Positions 1 through 12,635 of a stretch of DNA of 64,000 nucleotides are shown piece after piece (within the stretch, counting starts at the first letter, position 1; each line of letters begins with the position of its first letter). This DNA comes from Epiperipatus broadwayi. Taxonomy: Eukaryota; Animalia; Onychophora. A program made the position numbers and the translations under genes. The stretch lies in contig JAQFVV010000006.1 in assembly GCA_028023455.1 (NCBI GenBank), positions 3,782,001 through 3,846,000 on the forward strand, in the 5' to 3' direction. The notes under the pieces are model-generated. The model was not told the origin of the DNA. It made no database searches and saw only the letters and a list, made by a program, of their open reading frames with translations.

Positions 1-520
1 ATATTGGATAAAGTAGATGACTGGGTTAGCATGAAAGTTCTTCAATTACATTTAGATTAAGTATATGCATTGTAGTTATATTTCAGTAGTACATATTCAA
101 CCTGTATTCTGCTCATCCCTCTTTTAGGTATTTAAATGGATATATTAGGGTCCTACATATGAGGGGTCAGATTTACTTAGGGTCAACATGGGTATGACTA
201 TAATATTAGTGTCATCAAGGGCTAAGAGTATTCCATCATCAGATTTTCAATGATATGGATGGTTGAAGAGTTGGAGTGTGGAGATGATCGGAACCTGTCC
301 ATTAAAGTGTGTAAATTTTCTATCTTAATATAAACAGAGCACTGTTTGCATGTGTGTGTGGAAGAGGATAATCCAAACCACCTGATGAGTGCTGGTTTAG
401 CATGAATTCCGTGTATTGGAGATCATTTGTTTTATTGGATAGAGTGAATGATTGCGGATAGGTTGAAAGTGCAGTTATTTTGAAAGTTTTATTATTATTG
501 TTATTATTGTTTTTGACATT
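1..520 (+). mobile_element. Family B HHR-bearing repeat (PLE pseudo-LTR/retrozyme-like), about one unit, cut by window edge
   Basis: Homologous to 49670-50570, 53290-53710 and 11370-12080 (gggtcaacatggg...ccatcatcagattttcaatg...cctgtccattaaag). Contains ctgatgag-tgctggtttagca core. Confidence 0.8.
378..420 (+). ncRNA. Degenerate minimal type-I hammerhead (B1)
   Basis: CTGATGA-GTGCTG/TAGCAT stem II, but GAAA is mutated to GAAT. Confidence 0.55.
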
Positions 521-1523
521 CTTGATTAGATTTATGTAATTTTAATCTTAATAATTGCTGGTAATAATCATTTATATATAGAAATTAGCTTCATCTGGTA
601 TAGTTTCTAACGTGCTATTTGTAATCTCTAATGTATATGCAAATATGCATTTTAAGAGTTCTCATTTCTCTCTTGAATAGAAGCAAACGTTTTTATTTAT
701 ATATTAAAAGATTATATTGATATATGGAAAGATGGGGGAGAGGGGTTCGAAATTAATTTTGAGTGTCACGTGATGAAACCCCTGCTCTGGAATAAAATTT
801 TATATCATTACAAAATGATTGTTGTTTTTTCTGTGTATTGACGTGGGTGACTAATTATGTATTTATTTATCTGCTTGAGGGTAATTCAATTAATCAACTT
901 TGTTACATATATTTAAGCTATTTTGAAGTATGTCTTGGATATATTATTTATATTGGAAGCGTGTGTTTTATAACTACATTAGTAAAATGATAATAAATAT
1001 AAAATATGTTAACATTTTTTTAAAGAAATAAAAAAATCAACTCTAAAATAAAATTCATATATATTTAAACTAAGAAATATTTCAAAGTAAATTATTTTTA
1101 ATAAACTAAAAACAATTTTTTTTACAAAATGATTAGGTTACCAAAGGTTATATAAAGGCGTTTATAAGCAAAGATCATTAAAGTTATATGTAATATTCTT
1201 CAAGTATTCCGTTTATATTCTTCTGTTCAAAATTATAAAAAAAAGAGAGAGTAAAAATATATTTATATTTTTCTATTTAGAATATTACACCTTAGGTTAT
1301 TAAATGTTGCCATTTTAATAATTTTAAAACAAGTTCTAAAAATGAACGCGAATCAGTCATAAAAATAAAAAAGTATTCAAAATAAAGTCATAGATCACAT
1401 GACCCTATTCTGTTAAGCTTGTAAGTTATAAACAGTGAGAATTGCCAATTCCTCAACAAGCTTTATGTTAAATGCTTAGCCAGAGAAAGCATTTAAATAT
1501 CTCTGTCAGGAACCTCCCCCAAA

Positions 1524-1562
1524 CCCTGACCACGGTTTCGTGCTTTGGCACTCCTCAGAGAG
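1524..1562 (-). ncRNA. Minimal type-I hammerhead ribozyme (A1), intact core
   Basis: Minus strand reads ctct-CTGAGGA-GTGC-caaa-GCAC-GAAA-cc-gt-gGTC-aggg: stems I, II and III and a GUC cleavage triplet. Confidence 0.85.
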
Positions 1563-1852
1563 GTGCCAGGATGGGTTCAGACACTAGATGTAAAAATACC
1601 AACCCAAAGCCAGCATTTGACTATTTATAGTCTCTGCCTTAAGGCTTAAGCGATGTTATATTTCTAAGACTACTAATATATGGTATGGCTGAAGATCTTT
1701 CAGCCCCATATAGCTATTTGAGTTGGATAGATGGGTTTGAAAACATGTAGGTCTCTGAAAATTTCAGATTTTCCACTCAATAGATAACTTTTAGTTAAAT
1801 GCTGGCTTTGGGTTGGTATTTTTAGATCTAGTGTCTGAACTTATCCTGGCAA

Positions 1853-1891
1853 CTCTCTGAGGAGTGCCAAAGCACGAAATCATGGTCAGGG
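1853..1891 (+). ncRNA. Minimal type-I hammerhead ribozyme (A2), intact core
   Basis: ctct-CTGAGGA-GTGC-caaa-GCAC-GAAA-tc-at-gGTC-aggg; predicted cleavage after 1887. Confidence 0.85.
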
Positions 1892-3149
1892 GTTGGGGGG
1901 GGTTCCTGACAGAGATATTTTTAATGCTTTCTCTGGCTAAGCATTTAACACAAAGATTGTTGAGGAATTGACAATCCTCATTGTTTAAAAAAGTATTCAA
2001 TTTCAGTTTTTTTAGATTACATATATCCCAAACTTAATAATAAATATAATAATTTACGAGTGATCTTTTGTCGTATCTATTTTAAAAGTGGATTAATATA
2101 CAAGATGAAAAACAGTGAGCTAAGTGGCAAGCCTTGTGAGATGGACTGAATAGGTATGAAGGATGATGCACTTTTCCTGTTGAGCTTGAGATGTATTCCT
2201 CTATTTCTTTGTCATTTCAAAAAATGGGCTTTGGAACCAAAATCCTTTGACTTCCTACTTCGTTTTAACCTTCACACCCTTCCTACATCTTACTTTCTGT
2301 GTTACCATCTCCTATACCAAAAGATTAATCTATTTTTATCTCTATGTCATGTGGTGGAAGAGCTGCAGCAACAAATTTTTAATGATCATCAAACTGTCAC
2401 ATACACCAGATAATCTCAAATACATACTGAGAACCTGGTAAATTCAGCCAACAAATAATCCAATCACATCAAAAACAATACACACCCACAATATAAGCAG
2501 GCATCTTCATCCACTTTGCCTTTTGGTAAATCCATTGTATTTTTACACTCAGCAATAAGACCAGACAGCACCCCTCCATTTTTCTAAACAAGGTTCCGTG
2601 CATAGCACTAACAGATATTTTATAGCTACCTGGTTAGTCATAAGGTAATCTTCCAATTTGTAAACGTCTCTCAATTGGCACTCTCCATTTCCACAATATT
2701 CATTATTTCGGTGCCATTCACGTAGGCCATCGATTTCCTGAATTATCGCTTCATGCAACATGCTTGCTAATCTTCAAACTGCACCCAATTTTTAGTGACT
2801 GGCAAACAAGTGGCCAGTCATTGTACACCAGCCCATGACTTGGATAATAATTAACAGTATTGATTGTATGTTACCTTAGGAACTCAACCATATGTGAAAA
2901 TAAAAGCCTGAATTCTACATTTGGAGACAACATCCAAATTTTTCAAGAACTCTTGCAATAATATTTTAAACATAAAATGTATTTTTTTACATCAATTGAC
3001 TTTCAAACCACGGATTACTCATATAACAATTTTTCAAAAAAAAATCTATCGCAACTCTCTTAGATAAATAAAAATTGTTGAAAATTTAAATAAAATGATT
3101 TACCTCAGTTAAATTAAATTTTTACTTTCATTAAGAGAATTTATTCATC

Positions 3150-4421
3150 ATTTATTCATTGTTTGACATCAGTCTTTTATCAGTTCTATTGAAATTTTTT
3201 ACCAAAATAATTACAACTCGTCTACAGAAAGCACTGGATTTCCACCAACCAAGAGAACAAGCTGGATTTAAAAGTGGTTTTAGTACAGTAGATCATATCC
3301 AAGTATTGAGAGATGATATAGAAAGGATCAATGAATATGAATTGCCATTATACTTTGGATTTATAGGTTATGAAAAGGCATTTGATTCTATAAACATTTC
3401 TTTGATAATTAAGACATTAGATCATCAAGGTATAGACCCAGAATATTGTCATATTCTGAAAAATATTTACAAAAATGTAACAACAATTAGATTTCACAAT
3501 GATACTAAAAAAATAACATTGAGGAGGGTGCATGACAGGGTGATTCCACATCTCCAAAACTTTTTGCAGCAGTTTGGAAAGAAGTAATTTTTGGATTAAA
3601 ATGGTAAGCTAAAGAAGGTAAAAGTAAATGGAGATTATTTAAGTCATTTAAATTTTGCAGATGATGTAGTTGTTTTTGTAAATAATACTTTAGAGCTTCA
3701 GGAAATGTTACAAGAATTATCAGATGAAAATAACAAAGTATGATTAAAAATCAATGTTAAAAAGACTAAAATAATGTTCAATTCATTTTATCAAAAGATA
3801 GGAATAAAAATTGATAATGATTAATTACAAGAAGTTAATAACTACAAATACTTTGGCCAAATCATTACTACAAATGGAAACGCAATTGATGAAATTAAAC
3901 TTAGAATTAAACTTGTTTGGAGTACTTTTGAAAGAAATAATTTAATATTAAAAGGAAATATGCCATTGTGTTTGAAAAAGGTTTTTAATAAATGCATTTT
4001 ACCAGTTCTTACTTATGGATCTGAGACTTAGAGACTTAACAAAAGATCAATACAGAGACTTCAGACTACTTAATGAAGTATGAAGAAATATATGTTAGGA
4101 ATAACAAGTAGAGATTGAAAATGAAATACATGAGTGAGAAAACAAACAGGCGTTATTTACATCATTGAAAAAATTAAAAGACTGGAGTTGGACTGGATAT
4201 ATTGTTGGAAGAGAGGATAATATATGGACAGTTGAAATCTTAAACTGGATTCCAAGAGATTGTAAAAGGCCTAGAAAGAGATTACAAGTGAGATGGATGA
4301 ATGAATAAGGAAGTATGCTGATGTGATGTGGAAAAGAGAAACTAGAGGTTGGAAAAGGTGAATTGAACTTGGTGAGATTCTGCAGTGGATTCATAATGAT
4401 TGAAAATGATGATGATGATAA
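3150..4421 (+). mobile_element. 5'-truncated, decayed RTE-clade non-LTR retrotransposon (RT region to 3' tail)
   Basis: Translated motifs include ISLLSVL.KFFTKII..RL, QPREQAGFKSGFSTVDHI, YEKAFDSI, FADDVV, YKYFG and LTYGSET, interrupted by stops and frameshifts; (GAT)n tail. Confidence 0.92.
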
Positions 4422-5427
4422 CATTATATGTAGGTAAGTGACCTAATATCAAAGAGACACGTAGAATACAACATTTCTATTTGCAATATTTAAATGACAT
4501 TTAGAGTACACTTTTCTATTATTTCTCAATTAAAAAACATCGGTAAGCATTTAGGTCTTCTGCTTGCTACTTTTGCTATTGAGCTACGATGCATAACCTA
4601 TTTTTTGATATATTTATATATAAGCCAAAAATTATTGCTAATGTAGAATCAATGGTCAAAATCACAAATATTTTGGGTTTTTTTTAATCATGAAAACAGA
4701 AAAGAATAGATTACAGATTCAATCCATAAACGATTAAGTTCAATGTGATGAAAAAAAAAACTAAACAATAAAGGAGATGTAATAATAACTATAGTGAAAC
4801 TAACTTAATGGCCATTCTATATAATTATGTAATTGAGTTATCTTGGATTCAAACCCTGTTTTTTAACTCAGGCTGTTAGCTTAAATAATATAAAGAGAGT
4901 AAGTTCCAGCCTTGAATTCTAGTTTTCATTCACAAGTCAGTAGATGACTCTGGAATTGGGTGAAAAGTGCTATTTCTCGATTCTTACTGACCTTTATAAA
5001 ACTCCAGATATATAAAATATACTCGTATTTAAAATATTACGAATTCTTATTTTTATAAATTTATCAGTTTGGTTTACATTAGTTTTAAATTATAAATTTA
5101 ATTCCCCTCTATTGGTAGAAACCTAATTTTTTTTATTTTTATAAAGTATATATTTTGAGCCGTATTAACTGTTTATATCATAAATAATTCTCAATAGTGT
5201 ATACTCTTTTCATACAATTATGTAAGCCTAACAAACTTCTAATGTTGAAATTAGTCTGAAAAGGTAAACTAAGTCTACACGAAAGTCTTAAATGCACTGA
5301 GCCAGATTTTGGAAGATCGCTGCGAGGATCGTAGTGCTGTATAAGAGTATCCACTAAAAATATGCTTTTATATTAGTGTGGCCCAATATCTAAATTAGGC
5401 ATGGTATGTAAATGAAGTGATTAAATG

Positions 5428-5855
5428 TTATATTTTTTCGATAATGAGGAATTCTTTTTTATTGATGGAATGTGGACTCCTTACAATAGTCCACGCATCG
5501 TTATATTTTTTGCCCATCACTCTTCTCAGCACTATTGTTCTAACATTGAAGGGTGAAAAGGTGTGACCCATAGTAAGCCTATGATTGAAAAAGATCGATC
5601 TGTATTTGCGATTTTCTTTAGCTTTATTGTATAAATACGTGTGTTGGGTGATTCTTGTCGATCTGTTGGTATGAGATTCACCGTAATACATAGAATTTAG
5701 GATGCGAGGCATGGAAGTTTGTATATGATTTTAGCAGCTTGTTCAACAGGTATCCTGCCTTTTGCATTGTTTAATACTCTGTTAAGTGAGGGGGCGATGT
5801 AAAACTAATTCTATAGTGTCCATGCAAATAATTTGAGGATATTTTGCAATCCGAG
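5428..5855 (-). pseudogene. Penelope-like element C-terminal GIY-YIG endonuclease remnant (frameshifted, 5'-truncated)
   Basis: RIPVEQAAKIIYKLPC, then a frameshift, then MYYGESHTNRSTRITQH...SIFFNH...GHTF..FNVRTI...DAWTI...HSIN. This matches the PLE pattern VVYxIPCxxC..YIGET.R.L..RI.EH..S..F.H...GH.F..N..I..EA..I..IN. Confidence 0.85.
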
Positions 5856-5907
5856 AGAGTTATATATATATATATATAAAATTAAGAGCGTGCTAATAGC
5901 TCTAAAC

Positions 5908-5949
<42 letters not shown>

Positions 5950-6034
5950 TTTTATATAGTATGCAAACACACAGATAAAGTTTAGCCTATTTAATGGGAA
6001 AAAAAGTTATCTTTGCATAGTGAGGCTAGGGATC

Positions 6035-6107
6035 AGGAAAATGGATTAAACTTGGAGACAGTTTCATCCAGCATTGGATTGATAATGGTTAAAAACAATG
6101 ATGATCA
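6035..6107 (+). mobile_element. RTE 3' tail fragment
   Basis: Matches 4350-4421 (tggattaaacttggagacagtttcatccagcattggattgataatggtt...gatgat). Confidence 0.6.
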
Positions 6108-6559
6108 AAATATAATATAGCTAAAAAGTATTTTTAGTTTGACAGTTTTCTGTCTGTGAGAAAAAAAAAATTATATGTTGTCTTTCAATAATAATAAATC
6201 AACTCTTTGCTCATTCAAACTTCCTTAATGATCTTCTTCAACAGTGAAAAATGCATTGCCATGATTTAGAGATAGTTATCTGAAGATGATGTTAATGGGA
6301 AATGTAGACGTTTGTCTCTGCTGATGGAGACATTCTGCTATTGCTCAAAGTTTCTCTTGATTGTGGACGTAAAGTCTTATGCTGCTGAGAATCTGAAGTT
6401 AGAGATTAATCCTATGTATGATTGATAAACAAACCAAATACCTAAACAAATATTAAACAAACTATTATGATAAAGTCCTTTTTTTAGTTTTAAAACAATA
6501 CCTTGAGAATATTATTAATTATTAAATCTGTGGCAAGTTTTGTTTATATATATATATAT

Positions 6560-6706
6560 AATATAGAGGATTTGAACACAGATTTTCAAGCTCTGTTCTC
6601 ATTCAACCAGTACACATGACCACAGATATGTGACAAGATAAATAATCTTCAATATATATATTTCATATTGAACCAACACTCGTCAGTTGGTCCATATCAC
6701 CATCTT

Positions 6707-6741
<35 letters not shown>

Positions 6742-6800
6742 ACCAGGGCTCTGTTTAAATTAAGATAACACATCTTTACACTTTAATGTCCATACAATTT
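6560..6800 (-). mobile_element. Family B repeat fragment with hammerhead B2 (6648-6690)
   Basis: Minus strand reads ccaa-CTGACGA-GTGTTG-gtt-CAATAT-GAAA-tatatat-a-ttga. Confidence 0.75.
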
Positions 6801-6839
6801 AAAATCTGATATATATATATACACACACACAACTCTGAA

Positions 6840-7505
6840 GAAGTTAAAATTATTTATTGCAAAATATCAAGAAAACTGTTATTCCTTTACTTTTTTCCAT
6901 GTATAAATTTAGCTTTCTGGGTTTAAACTATAAGAACTTGGGTTTGATATAAAAAATGACCTTTTTTTATTTCAATAAAAAATCCCATCAAAAGTATTTT
7001 AAGTTAATAAAAAATCTTGTTTACTTTCAAGGATTGTCAATTAGCAGTAATTGATATTTTCATGGCAACATCAAAGGTTAAATGTTATCTCAGTTGACAT
7101 GGATATAATCTCTTCATTTCTATTCTTTGTTATGATTACAATCCACAGAAATATTTAATTCAACATACACAACTCTATGGAAAAATTAAAATATTATTTG
7201 CAGAATGTCAAGAGAGATGCTATTCTTTAACATTTTCACACCTATAAAATAGCTTTCTATGTTTAAATCCATGTAAGAACTTGGATTGGAGGTAAATGAG
7301 GACTTATTTTACTTCAATAAAAAAAACTCCAACAAAAGAGGTATTATAGATTAGTGACAAAACTTGTTAAGTCTCAAGGACAGTCAATTGACAATTTCTT
7401 GGCAACATCAAAAGCTAAAAATGTTATCTTTGTTTACATGGATATAATCTCATTTTTATTTTTTATTATAATAACAATCCATGAAAATATTTAATTGAAT
7501 ATATA
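6840..7505 (+). repeat. Two diverged tandem copies (about 340 bp) of unclassified dispersed repeat F; other copies near 24170-24545 and 51425-51560
   Basis: Shared ggcaacatcaaaggttaaatgttatctc..ttgacatggatataatctc..tttctattcttt block. Confidence 0.7.
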
Positions 7506-7710
7506 TATATAAAACTGATTATTAGACTGATAAATGTAAATATTAACTGCCACATTTCATCTGGCTGAATTTTATTCTGAATTACCAACAACTTTGACAA
7601 AGGTTTGCTTATAAACATTAAAATTCCAAGAATAGATGGTTTCATCTATTCTTGATCTTTTGTTCAACATTTAGAGTGATTTTAATTCACAGCCTGAGAA
7701 AGGGGAATTT

Positions 7711-7725
7711 ACTCCATTTGTTTAT

Positions 7726-7765
<40 letters not shown>

Positions 7766-7781
7766 CATAAACAAATGGAGT
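7711..7781. repeat. Perfect palindrome centred on (TA)n
   Basis: actccatttgtttatgtt-(TA)n-aacataaacaaatggagt. Confidence 0.9.
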
Positions 7782-8142
7782 ATATATATATATATATATA
7801 TATATATAATGTAAACTACATTTGACTTCAAATGTTAACATACATATGTACAAAACATATATAGATATACAGTATATACTAAATAATAATTTTTAAGGTA
7901 AATAAAAAATTGATACAGAACACCATTGATTTAATTAATTAAATAGGTAATATTTATATATAACATTCAAGATTATATATATATATATATATAATAAACA
8001 AAACAAGTTATAAATTTCGGAACTTGCTCTTAGCTTGCATTTTATGATCACTAGATGAAGCTTTACCAATAGCTCCTAACAAACTTTTTTTTACATAAAC
8101 ACTGAGAGAGGTAGAATTCAGTATCTCTTTCGTTGTCTCCAA

Positions 8143-8187
8143 CCTTCAGACCATGGTTTCGAGTTAATTGGCTCACCTCAGTGAAGG
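8143..8187 (-). ncRNA. Minimal type-I hammerhead (A-related) with A9>U substitution
   Basis: Minus strand reads ccttca-CTGAGGT-GAG-ccaattaa-CTC-GAAA-ccatgGTC-tgaagg: 6-bp stem I and palindromic stem III. Confidence 0.75.
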
Positions 8188-8239
8188 GTGGGAAAACCAG
8201 AAACTATATATATATATATATAGTTTCTGGTTTTCCCAC

Positions 8240-8241
<2 letters not shown>
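8186..8241. repeat. Perfect palindrome centred on (TA)n
   Basis: gggtgggaaaaccagaaac-(TA)n-gtttctggttttcccaccc. Confidence 0.9.
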
Positions 8242-8274
<33 letters not shown>

Positions 8275-9165
8275 TTGGAAAAACTGAATTTAACTTGGAG
8301 AGATCTTTTTCCTGAAGGAGAATGATAATGATATTGATGAAATATACATATATATTAAAATAAATCAGACATGTCTTTAAACAAATAGCATGAGGTAAAA
8401 ATAAAAGAGAAACCTTTACTCTTTATATGGAGAGAATTAATATATTTTTTTCATCTTTTAACCTCTATCTAAGAATAATTACATATTTATTTATCAATTA
8501 TTTGATTATTAAATAGATTGTCTGTGAAACAGCTAAGTGGACAAAAAAATTTAAGCCTGTTTAGAGCCTAAAAATATCACTTTATCCAAACTGGGTTCAA
8601 ATCCTAGATATTTAGGATAGAATGTAGAGATGTATCAGCCATTACACTATAAAACTCTTGATTGGTCAGGCATATGAAAAAAGAAAACTCTTGAGAGTGC
8701 ATGTGTAATGTACGTGTGTTTAAGCAATATGTAAATGTATTAGCCATTATTCCATGAAACTCTTAGGTCTGTGTGTATGTAATGCATGCATGTTTATGCA
8801 ATGTAGAATTTTGAAATATCATGTTATAAAAAAAAATTAATATTGGTTTAAACAATGAAAAATATCACAAATAAAAATAATTCTGCATAATTTTAAACAA
8901 GATATGAAATAACAATTAAATAGATTTTTAATTTGTTGCACATTGAATTAGAAAAGTAAAATAAAAACAGTTTATTTTATTTTACTCTAGAACTATCTAT
9001 TGTAAATTTGAATAACCAATGGACACCATGATCTTCAACATTGAAACGTATTCTAATGCATTTGTAAATCTAGCAGCCAGTTGTTTGCTTATTGATGTTA
9101 TTAAAGATAAACTGAAATTCAAAAGAATCCTAAAGAGTTTTAAACATAAGTTAACTCATTTATAT

Positions 9166-9249
9166 ATGTCAAAGCGTTGATCGGGAAGTGAACCTGAGCC
9201 GGCTGCTTCGAAGGCAACTACACGAGCAGCTAGACCACCAAGGCTTGAC
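9166..9249 (-). mobile_element. tRNA-derived SINE (family S) copy
   Basis: Homologous to 24601-24705; B-box-like ggttcacttcc; flanking direct repeat tcatttatat. Confidence 0.75.
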
Positions 9250-9879
9250 AATTCATTTATATATTTTTATAGACCTAATTTCAGCTGAGATTCTTTATTT
9301 TTAAGAGATTTCAAATTTAAACTAACTGCAGCCTCTTTCTACGGTTGGTTTAGAAGAGTTAATATTACTAACATCGCTTGACTTATTTATATGTTTACTC
9401 ATATACTACAAGCAGTTGTCTTCAATCTATTATACTGCCATCTATCATAAGCTTGAGTAATCAACTGCCATGATATAGTGAGTTTCCAAACCGGTTCAAG
9501 ATGTGAGAAAATCATGTGACATTTGTTGTCGATAAATAAAAATAAATTTACTATTATAATAATCGAATAATTAGTTGCACAGATGTCATGTGTTGATCAA
9601 GCAAATTAAAGATAAGCGTTGATCTGAAAACTTTTAACTTTAAATCTCAGTCCACTATTATGTAAAACCGCGTAGGGTTAAAAAAAGTTTGTGTATTATA
9701 TTTACGTAAATCATATCTTATTTGGGGCAGTGTTTAGATTCTAAAGGTCAAAGTTCATGCATCAGCCCAGAGATCATGCATCATGCCCAGTTATGTCATA
9801 GCAGGTGCTCGAACTTTTTATGACATCATAAATTAGCAAAAAAAATGTTTATATATACTATTGGTGAAGTTGATGTAAT

Positions 9880-10990
9880 GCATTGCGCCTTCTCCTTTTT
9901 CAGGGTCAGTTAATCTCTCAGCCACTAAACCCAGAGAAACCTGTTAGCCACTTTACCTTACCTTCCCTTTTTACTCCCAAATGTAAGTTTTTCTCATATT
10001 ATTCTCTATCCTGCTCCATCCCATTTCCACAACATTATCTTTGTCAACCCTATGACCTTTATATCTAACCCCTCCCCTATCTTTTTCCAAATTCTACATA
10101 AAATCCAAGAACCCATTTTCTGTATAATCATGTTGTTTATATTTATTCTTCCACAACTTCATTATTTGTACCCTTTCTGCTTGCAAACATTTACATTCAA
10201 TTAATGGATACCTAATATTTTATATGCCTTCTTTACATAACTTGCAGACTAAATCACCCATACTTTTCCATTTATGTGTATATTCCCTTGTTGCTAAAGA
10301 TTCTGTTAGAGTCTTAAATAATAAACTACTTTTCTTGCTATTATCATAGATTAACTTTCACACAATATTATGTTTACTTCTATATATATATAAACACTTT
10401 TTACTCTCCATACTAGTTTTCCATCTCTCCAGCTCCCTATTTTTTATTAATGCATCTATTCTTCTATCCCATTCTTTGCCACAATATGATGCAATGCACT
10501 ACGTTTTTTTTTCCCCAAAGTCAGGAATCTCTCAGCCACTATGCCCAGAGAGACCTGTTAGCCATCTTTCCTTCCCTTTCCATCCCTAACCTTAGTTTTC
10601 CCCATATTCTTCTCTATCCTGCTCTATCCCATTTCCACAATGTAATCTTAGTCAACTCCATATTTAGATCGCTCTTATCTTTTTTCAAACCCAGCATAAA
10701 AACTAAGAACTCACTTTCTGTATAATCACTTTGTTTATATTTATTCTCCCACAACTTTATTATATGTACTCTTTCTGCTTGCAGGCATTTACATTCAATT
10801 AACAGATAACTAATATTTTCTATGCCTTCCTTATATAACTTGCAGACTAAATCACCCATACTTTTCCATTTATGTGTATCTTGTCTTGTTGCTAATGATT
10901 CTGTTCGAGTCTTAAACAGTAAACTACTTTCCTTGCTATTATCATAGATTAACTCCCACCCAGTATTTTGTTTACTTCTATATATATATA
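9880..10990 (-). mobile_element. Two tandem about 540-bp 3' fragments of a non-LTR retrotransposon with a C-terminal zinc knuckle
   Basis: Minus frame FKTRTESL...VCKLYKEGIENISYLLIECKCL is a decayed CxxC..E...H.L..C motif. A third copy lies at 57265-57770. Confidence 0.7.
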
Positions 10991-11369
10991 TTTAAACTCT
11001 AATGTAGCAATGTAATACAACTGCAACATCTGAAGTAAATTTAAATCGGAAACGAAGCATCACTAATAAGAAATATTACCGAAGACACTTTACCGATTTA
11101 CGTTTTCTCTTTAAATGGAAAACTGTCAATACGCCCTGAACAAAGACACTTTATCAATTATAAGAATTCAAGAGATTTTACGTTAACAACAATTATAATG
11201 CTTACTTTTAAAAGGTGGATTGATTTTAATATCCACAGTTTACTTTCAAAAATCAAAACTTTATTTACATTATAAATCATATTAATATTCCATTGCGAAA
11301 ATAATAAACTGAGATAGGTATGTGTCTTTATTAGCACCATTTGCAAAAACCTTTAATATATGGGATATA

Positions 11370-11701
11370 TGCGCACAGACTTTCACACGACCCACCACTC
11401 TCCACTCTATCTCATAACACTGATATACTTGGAACACATTTATGTCGAAAATATAAATAATCACCAATATATCGAAAAGATAAATAATCACCAATAGACG
11501 TATTTCATGCTAAACCAGCAATCACCAGTTGGTCCAGATTATCATCTCTACACATATATACAATAAGTGCTCATATATATATATATATCAAAACTACCCC
11601 AAATCTAAAACTAAACCAGACCAGCATAAAAATAATATTAAAACACAACCTAAGGCTTCACTACTACAAGCTTGTAATGTTTATATATATATATATATAT
11701 A

Positions 11702-11757
<56 letters not shown>

Positions 11758-12080
11758 GATAACCAATCTTTATATTTTAATGGACAGGCTCTTTAATCCA
11801 CTCCACACTCCAACTTTTCAACTGTCCATCCAATTGAAAATCTGATGGCGGAACGCTCAAAGGCCACCCTGAGACTGAGATTCTCATCACACCCATGTTG
11901 ACCTAAAGTCAATCTGACCCCTCATGTTCAGCACATAATCCATTTAATACATATACGAGGGATGGGCAGACATCTCTACTATGTAATAACTGAAATACAG
12001 GCTTATTATATATCTGTATCAATATATGTAATATATAGGGTATATGAGCACAGACTTTATATGCACGATTAAAAATAGCA
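11370..12080 (-). mobile_element. Family B repeat interrupted by (TA)n; degenerate hammerhead B3 at 11491-11532
   Basis: Minus strand reads ccaa-CTGGTGA-TTGCTG-gtt-TAGCAT-GAAA-tacgtct-a-ttgg; core A6>G. Confidence 0.75.
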
Positions 12081-12191
12081 ATATAGAAGTAATATTAATG
12101 ATTTTTCTAGGACAATAGTAACATAGTTGGTTGTGCAATAAGCTAGCACTACCATACTAAATTGTAATAATTAATAATTATTTTACTTATG

Positions 12192-12236
<45 letters not shown>

Positions 12237-12564
12237 GGGTAAAAGCGATGAACTTCTTATTTGAACACACTGTAGCAAAAACTCTTTCTACTCAGTCTTA
12301 AGCATGATGTTATAAAAATAACGGATACAAAATAGTATATAAAGAAGCAATTAGAAATATAAAAGCATTAAATAGCATATAAAGAAGTAATTAGAAATAT
12401 AAAAGCATTAGTATAGCGATTTATGTGAAAGGAAATTGCTCTTCACACGTGCGCTATGAAACTGATATTTGAAGCATAAGTGGCCTTGTATACTATATTA
12501 ATTTGGCATCATTTTCTGATATATAAAAAGGTGTATGGCTTAATTACTCAGGTATTTATAAAAG

Positions 12565-12635
12565 AAATTCAGGATCCAGATTCGATCCTGGGACCTCCAA
12601 AGTGTAACGTTTCACCAACTACACCAAATCATGTC
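12565..12635 (-). mobile_element. Decayed tRNA-like/SINE head
   Basis: Minus strand has tggtgtagttgg (A-box-like) and ggatcgaatct (B-box-like). Confidence 0.35.

Larger units (their letters stand above)
1429..1987. repeat. Inverted repeat (about 195-bp arms, 1429-1623 and 1793-1987), each arm carrying a hammerhead (family A)
   Basis: The arms are reverse complements along their length, with a few mismatches. Confidence 0.9.

Noticed and set aside
2130-2900. Possible decayed LINE or Tc1 coding region
   Set aside because: Only a loose CLYCG..LDYLL motif; not enough to assign.
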